Source: Abditibacteriaceae bacterium (GTDB lineage: Bacteria > Armatimonadota > Abditibacteriia > Abditibacteriales > Abditibacteriaceae). From it: 40,838 bases of DNA. The notes below the pieces were generated by a model. The model did not search any database. It saw only the letters and a list, made by a program, of their open reading frames with translations, and was not told the origin of the DNA. The DNA lies in the NCBI GenBank assembly GCA_036399215.1, contig DASWNL010000147.1:1-40838 (forward strand). Reading direction: 5' to 3'. This document shows, piece after piece, positions 26,079-33,881 of the stretch. The position numbers and the translations under genes are program-made. Numbering within the stretch: the first letter of the stretch is position 1; every line of letters begins with the position of its first letter.

Positions 26079-26228
26079 TTCACCACAGAGGACACAGAGC
26101 ACGGAGAAAACAAATGTTGGCCGCGAAAAGGCGCAAAAGACACAAAAAGATTTTCGTTATTTTTGTGTCTTTTGCGCCTTTTCGCGGCTATTCCTTCTTT
26201 CTCTGCGCCTCCGCGTCTCTGCGGTGAA
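26079..26228. repeat. 150-bp palindromic element between convergent genes; probable bidirectional terminator or MITE
   Basis: Central perfect 29-bp stem, 26120-26148 / 26160-26188 (gccgcgaaaaggcgcaaaagacacaaaaa). Imperfect outer arms ttcaccacagaggacacagagcacggag / ctctgcgcctccgcgtctctgcggtgaa. Confidence 0.75.
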
Positions 26229-26234
26229 TAAAAA

Positions 26235-27626
26235 TTACAACTTCGCCACAATGCGGAAGATGGCCTGGGCGAGTTTTTGTGGGTTATGGCGCACGACATC
26301 GGTGACATCTGCGAAATTACCTTGAATGGGGCGCACGCCGAGCATTTCGATGGCGGCTAAATCGGCTTCCACATAATCGGCGCGGGTTTTTCGATAGCGT
26401 TCTAAAACTTCTTCGGGAATTTTAGCCGAGTTGACTAAGGCGATGTCAATGGCATCTTTGCCGATGTGGCGCAAAATGGCGCGCACGTGGTCGCTGGCTT
26501 TGTAGCCCAAAGTTTCGCCTGCTTGCGTCATGACGTTGCACACGTAAATTTTGGGTGCTTTGGCGGCTTTAAGGGCTTCGCCAATTTCAGGGACTAAAAG
26601 GTTCGGCAAAATTGAAGTGTAAAGCGAGCCGGGGCCGATAATAATCACTTCGGCTTCGGCGATAGCCGTGAGCACGCCGGGCAAAGCAGCAGGCGAATCC
26701 GGTTTCAGAAACACTTCCTGAATGCCTTCGGATTCATGCACCTTGACCTGGCCCATCACTTCGCTGCCATCGGCCAAACGGGCGCCCAGTTCAATACTTT
26801 CAACCGTTGAAGGCAAAACGCTGCCGCGCAAAGATAGCACTTTAGAGGTTTCGCGCACGGCGCTTTCAAAGCTACCCGTGCGCTCGCACATGGCCGCGAC
26901 AATGAGGTTGCCCAGCGAATGCCCTTCCAGTTCGCCCATGCCGGTAAAGCGATGCTGGAACAGTTCCTGCATTTCCGGTTCGGCATCGGCTAAAGCGGCC
27001 ATGCAGTTGCGCAGGTCGCCGGGCGGTAACATACCGTCTTTGCGTAAGCGGCCTGATGAGCCGCCGTCGTCGGCCATTGTTACAATGGCTGTAATGTTGG
27101 AGGTGTAATGTTTGAGACCACGCAGCATGGTCGAAAGGCCAGTGCCGCCGCCTAAAGCCACCAACTCTTCGCCATGTTCCAATTTACGACGGCGGATGGC
27201 CGCTTCCAAAAAGCCGCCGCTGCCGGGCGCTAAGGCCAATTCGACGGCTTGCAAAGTGCCGCGCATGCCTACTAAAAATAGCATCACGCCGGCGCCTATC
27301 ATAAACCAGCCGATACGCTCGGTTTCGACCAGTTGATGCGTCATGCCGCCGATCCATTCCACCATGCCGACGCTTAAATCAACGGCCACATAAGCTAAGG
27401 CCAAAAGCATTCCGGTGGCGAATAGTAACAGGCCAAGCGCCGCTATCAAACCCCAACGTTTAATCCCAATGCCGATAGTCAGCCATTGCAAAGCGCGCCA
27501 GTCGCGGGGCGACTTAGCGTTGATTTTAGCCAGTGCCTGACTTTTCAGCGTATTTCCGTCGGAAGCACCGAAGCCGCTGTCGAGGTTCTTATCGAGATCG
27601 GCTTTGAAAGGGGAGAGGGGCTTCAC
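26235..27626 (-). CDS. yvcK: YvcK-like (UPF0052/CofD-like) protein with an N-terminal transmembrane extension, 463 aa
   Basis: ALGGGTGLSTMLRGLKHYTSNITAIVTMADDGGSSGRLR, GHSLGNL, IIIGPGSLYTSILPNLLV. The N-terminal ~130 aa contain 2-3 hydrophobic helices. Confidence 0.88.
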   Translation of the reverse strand: MKPLSPFKADLDKNLDSGFGASDGNTLKSQALAKINAKSPRDWRALQWLTIGIGIKRWGLIAALGLLLFATGMLLALAYVAVDLSVGMVEWIGGMTHQLVETERIGWFMIGAGVMLFLVGMRGTLQAVELALAPGSGGFLEAAIRRRKLEHGEELVALGGGTGLSTMLRGLKHYTSNITAIVTMADDGGSSGRLRKDGMLPPGDLRNCMAALADAEPEMQELFQHRFTGMGELEGHSLGNLIVAAMCERTGSFESAVRETSKVLSLRGSVLPSTVESIELGARLADGSEVMGQVKVHESEGIQEVFLKPDSPAALPGVLTAIAEAEVIIIGPGSLYTSILPNLLVPEIGEALKAAKAPKIYVCNVMTQAGETLGYKASDHVRAILRHIGKDAIDIALVNSAKIPEEVLERYRKTRADYVEADLAAIEMLGVRPIQGNFADVTDVVRHNPQKLAQAIFRIVAKL

Positions 27627-28639
27627 AGGGAATCTACCTGGCGGCGGCCTTTTTTGGGTTTCTTTGCCGTTTTGTCGGCGGCCTTTTTGGCTTCGCCTTC
27701 AACAGTTGAACGCTTTAAGTCACGGTGCGTGGGAATGGCACGAAAACCAGCTTCGAGTAAGCGTTGGGTTAGCCAGTTGGTCAAAACCACACTGCGATGT
27801 CGCCCGCCGGTGCAGCCAATGGCGATTGTGAGGTAAGACTTGCCTTCTTTTTCATACTGCGGCGCCATGAAATCTACTAAATCGCCAAGACGCTTTAAAA
27901 ACTCCTGGGTGATTTCCGGTTTCATTACATAGTCAATCACTGCCTGCGCATGACCATCGAGATGGCCGATAACACGGTCATAATTCGGGTTCGGCAGAAA
28001 GCGCACGTCGAACACTAAATCAGCATCTTGCGGCATTCCATGCTTGAAGCCAAAGCTTTCCACGCGCACCAGCATTTGCGCGGCGTCGGCTTCTTCAAGG
28101 AAGACGCTTTTAATCTGCTCGCGCAGTTCGCGCGGCGTCGCGTGGCTGGTGTTAACAATCATGTCGGCACGCCCACGCAACTCTAACAAGGCTTCACGCT
28201 CGGCAGCGATAGCTTCGGCCAAATCAGGATACTGCTCGGAAAGCGGGTGCCGCCGCCGCGTTTCCTTGAAGCGCTTGACCAACAAATCATCATCGGCATC
28301 TAAAAACAGAATGCGATACGAAAAACCGGCGCCATGCAGTTTTTCGAGGGCATCGCTCAGGTCGTGAAAAAATTCGCCGCCGCGCACGTCGGTGACAAGA
28401 GCCACACGCCCGATATGGCCCCGGCTGCATATTTCTGCAAACATTGGAATTAAAGCCGGCGGCAGATTGTCCACGCAGAAAAAGCCGAAGTCTTCAAAAT
28501 GACTGGTGGCTATGCCTTTTCCGGCACCGGATAAACCGGTGATGATGATGAATTGCATCGCTTCGCGCGAAGCATGAAAGCCCGGCGATGAACCGTTGGG
28601 CGAAGCTGATAACTCTTGGGAATCCATTTTAGCGCTCAT
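27623..28639 (-). CDS. rapZ: RapZ/YvcJ RNase-adapter P-loop ATPase with a Lys-rich C-terminal tail
   Basis: IIITGLSGAGKG (Walker A), FLDADDDLLVKRFKETRRRHP, IAIGCTGGRHRSV. 4-nt overlap with the yvcK start. An alternative start at ATG 28558 (MQFIIITG) is possible. Confidence 0.9.
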   Translation of the reverse strand: MSAKMDSQELSASPNGSSPGFHASREAMQFIIITGLSGAGKGIATSHFEDFGFFCVDNLPPALIPMFAEICSRGHIGRVALVTDVRGGEFFHDLSDALEKLHGAGFSYRILFLDADDDLLVKRFKETRRRHPLSEQYPDLAEAIAAEREALLELRGRADMIVNTSHATPRELREQIKSVFLEEADAAQMLVRVESFGFKHGMPQDADLVFDVRFLPNPNYDRVIGHLDGHAQAVIDYVMKPEITQEFLKRLGDLVDFMAPQYEKEGKSYLTIAIGCTGGRHRSVVLTNWLTQRLLEAGFRAIPTHRDLKRSTVEGEAKKAADKTAKKPKKGRRQVDSL

Positions 28640-29015
28640 CTTTTTTATCGTCCTTGCGCGTCAGCACGGTCGCGAGCGCATTACAAATCGAAAGCAGCAA
28701 GGCGCCGATTAAAGCAGTAGAAAAGTTCTCAACGCGGAAACCAGGCAGGTATTGCCCCGCCGCATAAAATAGCGCCGCGTTAATTAGCCACGACAATGCC
28801 AGGCTCCACAACCCCAGAGTCAGGCAGGACAAAACGCAGGTCGCGCTTTTAGCGATGCCATGCAGGATGGGTTTTACCGTCGCGTTGGCTATACCCAGCA
28901 CTAAAGCGGCGATCAGCACGCTGGAGAAGTTATCGGTTTTCACGCCGCTGAGGAATTGCGTGATAAGAAACAAGCCCACGGCGTTAATCGCGGTGCGAAT
29001 CAAAAAAGCGGTCAT
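28629..29015 (-). CDS. Phage-holin-superfamily-IV (DUF360-type) 4-TM membrane protein, 128 aa
   Basis: INAVGLFLITQFLSGV...NFSSVLIAALVLGIANATVKPIL...FRVENFSTALIGALLLSICN, a duplicated two-helix pattern typical of this family. Confidence 0.75.
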   Translation of the reverse strand: MTAFLIRTAINAVGLFLITQFLSGVKTDNFSSVLIAALVLGIANATVKPILHGIAKSATCVLSCLTLGLWSLALSWLINAALFYAAGQYLPGFRVENFSTALIGALLLSICNALATVLTRKDDKKDER

Positions 29016-29166
29016 AAAACAATCAATAAACGTCCAACGGCAGTATACAACCGGAAGGTCTCTTCGCTGTAGTCAATAGAGCAGAGCCAAAACAGGTCAC
29101 CATCATAGCTGGCCCCGAATCTTCCCTGTCATCACAAAGGCCACTCCAGAGGAAGAACCCAAAAGC

Positions 29167-29360
29167 TTTAAGAATCAGTTTGAAAAGTGGGCAGCGTAAA
29201 CTCCTCTCCCTTCCGGGGAGAGGCCGGGTGAGGGGTGGAGGCCGCATAGAGGTCTCTGTGAGAAGCCGCAAACCGCGCCGAACCCCTCAACCCTCTCCCT
29301 CCTGCCCAGAGGGCACCCGCGCTACGCTGGGGAGAGGGGACTTTTCAAACTGATTCTAAA
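29167..29360. repeat. MITE-like palindromic element, ~194 bp
   Basis: 18-bp perfect terminal inverted repeats agaatcagtttgaaaagt (29171-29188) / acttttcaaactgattct (29340-29357). Internal G/C-rich palindromes ctctcccttccggggagag and cctgcccagagggcaccc. Confidence 0.7.
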
Positions 29361-29397
29361 GACCTCTTGCATAAGTAGATGTGATAGACGATGAGGT

Positions 29398-29838
29398 GTG
29401 CATTACAAACAAATCCAGCACCGCAAGCCCGCCGAGTTCCTGCGTCTGACTGGGGTGCGGCGCGACACCTTCGAGACGATGCTAAGGGCCTTGCAGGAAC
29501 AGTTGGGCCGCTTTGGCCGCCCGCCCAAGTTACCTTTGTGCGACCAACTCTTGTTGACTTTGATGTATTGGAGAGAATACCGCACGCTCTTCCACATCGC
29601 TAACACATATGGCGTGAGTGAAGCGACCGCTTCTCGCACTGTGCGCCGTGTGGAAGATGCTCTAATGACTTCGGGCCAGTTCACCTTGCCAGGCAAAAAA
29701 GCATTGCGGCCTTCGGGGATGGTCTGGCAAGTCGTTGTCATTGATGCCACCGAATGCACAATTGAGCAACCGCAGGGCAAAGGCGCCCAAAAAAACGCAA
29801 AGCTTTCTTTAGCGGCAAGAAGAAACGGCACACCTTGA
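29398..29838 (+). CDS. IS transposase OrfA (HTH region plus first catalytic Asp region)
   Basis: LTLMYWREYRTLFHIANTYGVSEATASRTVRRV (HTH), VVVIDATECTIEQPQ. Confidence 0.85.
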   Translation: MHYKQIQHRKPAEFLRLTGVRRDTFETMLRALQEQLGRFGRPPKLPLCDQLLLTLMYWREYRTLFHIANTYGVSEATASRTVRRVEDALMTSGQFTLPGKKALRPSGMVWQVVVIDATECTIEQPQGKGAQKNAKLSLAARRNGTP

Positions 29839-30233
29839 AGGCGCAAGTGGTTATTGAGCAAAGCAGTGGGCGCATTCTGGCGACGGCTTTTTGTGAGGGA
29901 CGAGTGCATGACTTTGCTTTGTTCCAAAAAAGCCGACTGTGGCTCAGTGCATCCAGTCGCTGTTTGGCGGATGCGGGTTATCGCGGCTTGAACCGCTGGC
30001 ACTCCAACAGCCAAACGCCGCACAAGAAAAGCAAATATCGCCCGTTGCAAACTGAGCACAAAGCTGAGAATCGAGAGTTGTCGGGCCAGCGCATGGCTGT
30101 GGAGCATGTGATGGCGCGCCTCAAAGTCTTTCGTATCTTGAGCGAGCGCTACCGCAATCGGCGCGAGCGTTTCTGTTTGCGCTTTAATTTGTTGGCTGCC
30201 ATCTGTAATCATCAACTCAAATCCCATGGCTGA
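29787..30233 (+). CDS. IS transposase OrfB (-1 frame; DDE C-terminal part), probably expressed as an OrfAB fusion
   Basis: The -1 frame reads PKKRKAFFSGKKKRHTLKAQVVIEQSSGRILATAFCEGRVHDFALF...ADAGYRG...RMAVEHVMARLKVFRIL, and is open from 29787. The tracked ORF begins at 29835. Confidence 0.8.
   Translation, partial: PKKRKAFFSGKKKRHTLKAQVVIEQSSGRILATAFCEGRVHDFALFQKSRLWLSASSRCLADAGYRGLNRWHSNSQTPHKKSKYRPLQTEHKAENRELSGQRMAVEHVMARLKVFRILSERYRNRRERFCLRFNLLAAICNHQLKSHG
29790..29796 (+). promoter_or_regulatory. Candidate -1 programmed ribosomal frameshift site A_AAA_AAC
   Basis: The A7 run (29789-29795) in zero frame reads caA AAA AAC. Slipping by -1 joins ...GKGAQK to KRKAFFSGKKKRHTLK, restoring the conserved motif. 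Confidence 0.6.
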
Positions 30234-30304
30234 TACTTATGCAAGAGGTCTTTAGGATAGTTGTCGGAGTGCGGCTCACCCCCAAAGAGAAGTGAAAACG
30301 CTAC

Positions 30305-30493
30305 AGGCTATTTCAAAAGTCAGGAAGAGTCAGAGAAGTATCACGTATGGATTCCACCTGCCCGCAAGCGGGCGCCCTGCGCGGGAATGACGGACTCCTC
30401 ATCATCGTTTGTGTCATTCCCGCGCAGGCGGGAATCCATCACCTGGCCAATAGGCCGCCTCAACATACCAACTGCCCACTTTTGAAATAGCCT
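30305..30493. repeat. MITE-like palindromic element, 189 bp
   Basis: 16-bp perfect terminal inverted repeats aggctatttcaaaagt (30305-30320) / acttttgaaatagcct (30478-30493). Internal ctgcgcgggaatgac...gtcattcccgcgcag and attcccgcgcaggcgggaat hairpins. Its end aaaagtgggcag is shared with the 29167-29360 element. Confidence 0.7.
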
Positions 30494-30705
30494 TTAAGGT
30501 TACTTCCAACAGCCATCACCCACACCCCACCTCCGCTAAACTATCGCGTTTTTTACAGGCTCAGCGTGTATCAGGTATGTCATCGTATTTGCCTGTTAGG
30601 ATATACTCCGACCAATTTCCCTGTTGTTCCAAAAATCCATCGCCGGTTTAAACTAGGCTGAACTGGGACACAGGTGGAAAAAACCACAATTACGGAAGGC
30701 TCTAC

Positions 30706-32775
30706 ATGAAAAGCGCATTGAGGCGGTTACCTCTACTTGTGTGCGGCTTGTGCTTAGGTGCTCTGTGCTTAGGCGCTCTGGTTTTCTCAGGTTGTTCAGG
30801 CTCAAACACCGTTTCTCCGTTCAATTCGTTGCGGCAATACGCTAATTTGGTATTGTTAGCCCGTTACGGCCCTGCCGGTGCGAATCCGGGTGGTAATATT
30901 CGCATCGATTTCAACAGTAGTGGCAACGGCGGCATCATGACCATATTCGACCCGCAGTTTGGTGAAGTGAGCGGGCCGGTCACCGTAACCCTCCAGGCAG
31001 ACAATACCGCTCGGCTCAGTGCAAATTTCACGAGAGACAGTCAGCCCCTCGCGGCTGGGCAAAGTGGGGCGAAGAATGCGGGGCAAAAGGAGAGCATTCC
31101 GACACACCCGCGTTCGGTCTTCGGGGATATCGCTGCGCAAGTCACAGGGACGCTCCCCGCGCACCCGTCCACCGGAACATCGGGGACTCCTGTCAACAAT
31201 CTTAACCTTGTGCTCAATGGCCTCAGTCGCGATCCCATCGGCTTTCTCCTCAACCCGGCGAGCCTGCGACAAAGCCCACTGGCCAATAAACGGTTTCCCG
31301 CGTCCGGGAGCACGAACTTCACCGCTGGTTCCATCAGCGGCAACTATGTCATAGCCGTCAGCGCAGATGGCAGCCGCGCAACACTCACGGGAAATACCAC
31401 CAGTCCCGCCGCCGGCTCATTTTCCGGGAATGGTGTAATTACCCCTCTGCCCAATGGACAATACAGCCTGACGGCTACGGCTCCCCAGGGCCTGGTCACT
31501 TTTCAGGGCACGATCACCCTGACTCCAGCGAACGCGCCCACTTCAGCCACTATAACGGGCGATGTGTTTTTCAATAAAGTAAAGCAAGGCACGTTTACAA
31601 CAACGACCAGCATTTCTAACCCACCTCCCACACCCACGACAATTTGCATTGAGCAGGGCAGCAATAGCCTGACTTTGAATTTGCAAAACGGCCAATACAC
31701 TTTCTGTGTTGGAGGCACCAGCTTTACCGGCACCGGAACGGTAACAACCGGCGTGAGCGGCTCGACCTTCACGCATAACACGGCAGACCGCCGCGTGTTG
31801 GCAACCATTAACACCAATACGCGCCAGGCCAGCGCCACTTTGCAGGCTCCGGTCGGCACTACACGCGCTAATATCACCGATAGTAACTATGCCGATGGCA
31901 CATGCGGCGCTTGTTCGAGTGGTAACACGCAAATTTGTATTGAGCAGGGCAGCAATAGCTTCACGCTGAACTTGCAAAACGGCCAATACACCTTCTGTGC
32001 CGGGGGCACCAGCTTTACCGGCACAGGAACGGTAACAACTGGTGTGAGCGGCTCGACCTTCACACATAACACGGCAGACCGTCGCGTGTTGGCAACCATT
32101 AACACCAATACGCGCCAAGCCAGTGCCCTTTTGCAAGCGCCAGTGGGAACTACGCGTGCCAGCATCACCGATAACAGCTTCGCGGATGGCGCTTGCGGCG
32201 CTTGTTCAGGCGGCCCACAAACGCGCAACCTGACGGCGCCGGGCGCGCGCATTGTGACGGTGCGCTTGAACGGCAATAACTCGTCATCAGTTTTTCCCGA
32301 CTTACTGGAGGCCGGTGACCACGATGAAGGCGGCCACAAAACGGTGCAGGGTTTTATCGGCTTTCCGTTTAGCGGTCAGGGCTTACCCACCGACCCGGCG
32401 AAGATTACTAATGTGCGCCTGGTGCTGACCGAAAATCGTAGCATTACTAATGGCAGTATCGGTCAGCCATTCACTCAATTGGGACGCTTGTTTGCCGAGC
32501 GTATCGCGCAAACCGAATTTCAGCAAATCGGCACCGCGCAATTACCGGTATCAGACATCACGCGCACCAGCCGCATCATTCCCACCAACACAACCGGTGG
32601 CTTTGCGGCGGACGTGACGGGAATCTTTAAAGAGTTCGTGCGCACCAATGCGGGCGTGGCAAACTTCCGCCTGCGTTTTGAAACTGCCGAAAACAACGAC
32701 GGCAACAACGACATCGCCGACTTCTTCATCAGCGGCACCAGCCAGCCGCGTTTGGAAGTGACGTTTACGCCGTAA
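30706..32775 (+). CDS. Predicted lipoprotein, 689 aa, unknown function, with an internal tandem duplication
   Basis: Signal peptide with lipobox LVFSGC. Thr/Gly/Ser-rich beta-type sequence. SD GGAAGG upstream and a strong terminator downstream. Confidence 0.8.
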   Translation: MKSALRRLPLLVCGLCLGALCLGALVFSGCSGSNTVSPFNSLRQYANLVLLARYGPAGANPGGNIRIDFNSSGNGGIMTIFDPQFGEVSGPVTVTLQADNTARLSANFTRDSQPLAAGQSGAKNAGQKESIPTHPRSVFGDIAAQVTGTLPAHPSTGTSGTPVNNLNLVLNGLSRDPIGFLLNPASLRQSPLANKRFPASGSTNFTAGSISGNYVIAVSADGSRATLTGNTTSPAAGSFSGNGVITPLPNGQYSLTATAPQGLVTFQGTITLTPANAPTSATITGDVFFNKVKQGTFTTTTSISNPPPTPTTICIEQGSNSLTLNLQNGQYTFCVGGTSFTGTGTVTTGVSGSTFTHNTADRRVLATINTNTRQASATLQAPVGTTRANITDSNYADGTCGACSSGNTQICIEQGSNSFTLNLQNGQYTFCAGGTSFTGTGTVTTGVSGSTFTHNTADRRVLATINTNTRQASALLQAPVGTTRASITDNSFADGACGACSGGPQTRNLTAPGARIVTVRLNGNNSSSVFPDLLEAGDHDEGGHKTVQGFIGFPFSGQGLPTDPAKITNVRLVLTENRSITNGSIGQPFTQLGRLFAERIAQTEFQQIGTAQLPVSDITRTSRIIPTNTTGGFAADVTGIFKEFVRTNAGVANFRLRFETAENNDGNNDIADFFISGTSQPRLEVTFTP
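31642..32223 (+). repeat. Direct tandem duplication, 2 x 291 bp (2 x 97 aa)
   Basis: ICIEQGSNS(L/F)TLNLQNGQYTFC(V/A)GGTSFTGTGTVTTGVSGSTFTHNTADRRVLATINTNTRQASA... occurs twice, starting at 31642 and 31933. Confidence 0.9.
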
Positions 32776-32786
32776 GGAGCAAGTTA

Positions 32787-32834
32787 CAAACAAAAGCGCG
32801 TAACAGTTTGCAAACTGTTACGCGCTTTTGTTTG
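32787..32834 (+). terminator. Perfect 48-bp palindrome, probable terminator
   Basis: caaacaaaagcgcgtaacagtttg / caaactgttacgcgcttttgtttg. Confidence 0.7.
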
Positions 32835-32900
32835 CTGGTCTCTGCAACAATGCAACAAGAGGCATTTTGAGGATTCTAAATCATGCTTTTAAGGAGTTTC

Positions 32901-33812
32901 ATGCGAACTTTTCAAAAACTTGCCCTTTTTATCGCAGTTGTCTCAACGGCGACTTCTACGTTTGCGGCTGATGCGCCCAAGCGCAAGATTCTGTTTTTTA
33001 CCAAATCGAGCGGCTTCGAGCATTCGGTGATTTCGTGGAAAAAGGGCCAGCCTTCGCACGCCGAAAAAGTGCTCAGTGAACTGGGCCAAAAGCACAACTG
33101 GGAATGGACGTTTTCCAAAGACGGCTCCCTTTTCGGCAAAGATTACTTGAATCAGTTCGATGCGGTGTTTTTTTACACCACGGGCGATTTGACTTCCAAA
33201 GGCACTGACGGCAATCCGCCCATGACGCCCGAAGGCAAGCAGGCATTATTCGATTATGTGCGAAGCGGTAAGGGCTTTTTAGGCGCGCATTCGGCAACCG
33301 ATACTTTTCATACCGACAACGAATCGAAAAAAGGCCCCGAACGTTATGTGAATCATGGTGACAAGGCCGATGACTATGTGAAATTTATCGGTGGCGAATT
33401 CATCAAACACGGCGCGCAACAAGAGGCCAAGAACACCGTTGTTGACCCTCAATTTCCGGGCTTTGAAAAACTCGGTGCTGAATTCACCTGGAAAGAAGAA
33501 TGGTATTCCATTAAAGATTTCACACCAGATATTCACGTCATTACCGTCATTGATGCACCGGCTATGAAAGGCATCGAATATCAGCGCCCGCCATTTCCTT
33601 CAACCTGGGCGCGACAAGAAGGCATGGGACGAGTTTGGTATACAGCTCTGGGCCATCGCGAAGATGTGTGGACGAATCCTCTGTTTCAGGATATTTTAGT
33701 CGGCGGCATCAAATGGGCCACAGGTGATGTGAAAGCCGATGTGACACCGAACCTGAAAACTGCCGCGCCTCAGGCGATGACTAATCCGCCGTATCCCGAA
33801 CCGAAAAAATAA
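32901..33812 (+). CDS. Secreted ThuA-domain protein
   Basis: KILFFTKSSGFEHSVI, FLGAHSATDTF, GGEFIKHG, VWYTALGH. Start set at ATG 32901 with AAGGAG at 32891-32896; the tracked start is 32883. Confidence 0.85.
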   Translation: MRTFQKLALFIAVVSTATSTFAADAPKRKILFFTKSSGFEHSVISWKKGQPSHAEKVLSELGQKHNWEWTFSKDGSLFGKDYLNQFDAVFFYTTGDLTSKGTDGNPPMTPEGKQALFDYVRSGKGFLGAHSATDTFHTDNESKKGPERYVNHGDKADDYVKFIGGEFIKHGAQQEAKNTVVDPQFPGFEKLGAEFTWKEEWYSIKDFTPDIHVITVIDAPAMKGIEYQRPPFPSTWARQEGMGRVWYTALGHREDVWTNPLFQDILVGGIKWATGDVKADVTPNLKTAAPQAMTNPPYPEPKK

Positions 33813-33840
33813 ACCCCTGTTGTGGGCGCATGTGATTGCA

Positions 33841-33881
33841 TAAGGGCGGTATCGCAAATCTGCGACTCGCCCTTATTTTTT
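33841..33881 (+). terminator. Possible terminator overlapping the stop codon of the convergent kinase gene
   Basis: taagggcg ... cgccctta followed by tttttt. The loop is long and contains an inner tcgca/tgcga stem. Confidence 0.4.

Larger units (their letters stand above)
29359..30252 (+). mobile_element. IS5-family (IS427-group-like) insertion sequence, 894 bp, flanked by a TA duplication
   Basis: 19-bp perfect terminal inverted repeats aagacctcttgcataagta (29359-29377) / tacttatgcaagaggtctt (30234-30252). TA at 29357-29358 and 30253-30254. Two overlapping transposase ORFs. Confidence 0.85.

Noticed and set aside
26023-26325. Short ORFs (67-120 aa) crossing the 26079-26228 palindrome
   Set aside because: They are read-through of a palindromic repeat element lying between two convergent, well-supported genes. 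They have no independent coding signal.
29023-29271. 82-aa minus-strand ORF, plus 30261..30485 (74 aa) on the plus strand
   Set aside because: Both are translations of MITE-like elements (PLPGRERS and SFPRRRESI-type peptides). These are well-known annotation artefacts of such repeats.
29403-30227. 274-aa minus-strand ORF spanning the IS
   Set aside because: It is antisense to both transposase frames, which carry the conserved HTH and DDE-region motifs. It resembles no family.
31642-32223. Possible CRISPR-like or other noncoding repeat array, considered because of direct repeats
   Set aside because: There are only two copies of 291 bp, contiguous with no spacers and fully in frame within a coding sequence. 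No CRISPR-like short repeat-spacer pattern occurs anywhere in the window.
31503-32339. Minus-strand ORFs of 124-197 aa within the lipoprotein gene, themselves looking repeated
   Set aside because: Their repetition only mirrors the 291-bp tandem duplication on the coding strand. They overlap one another in different frames.
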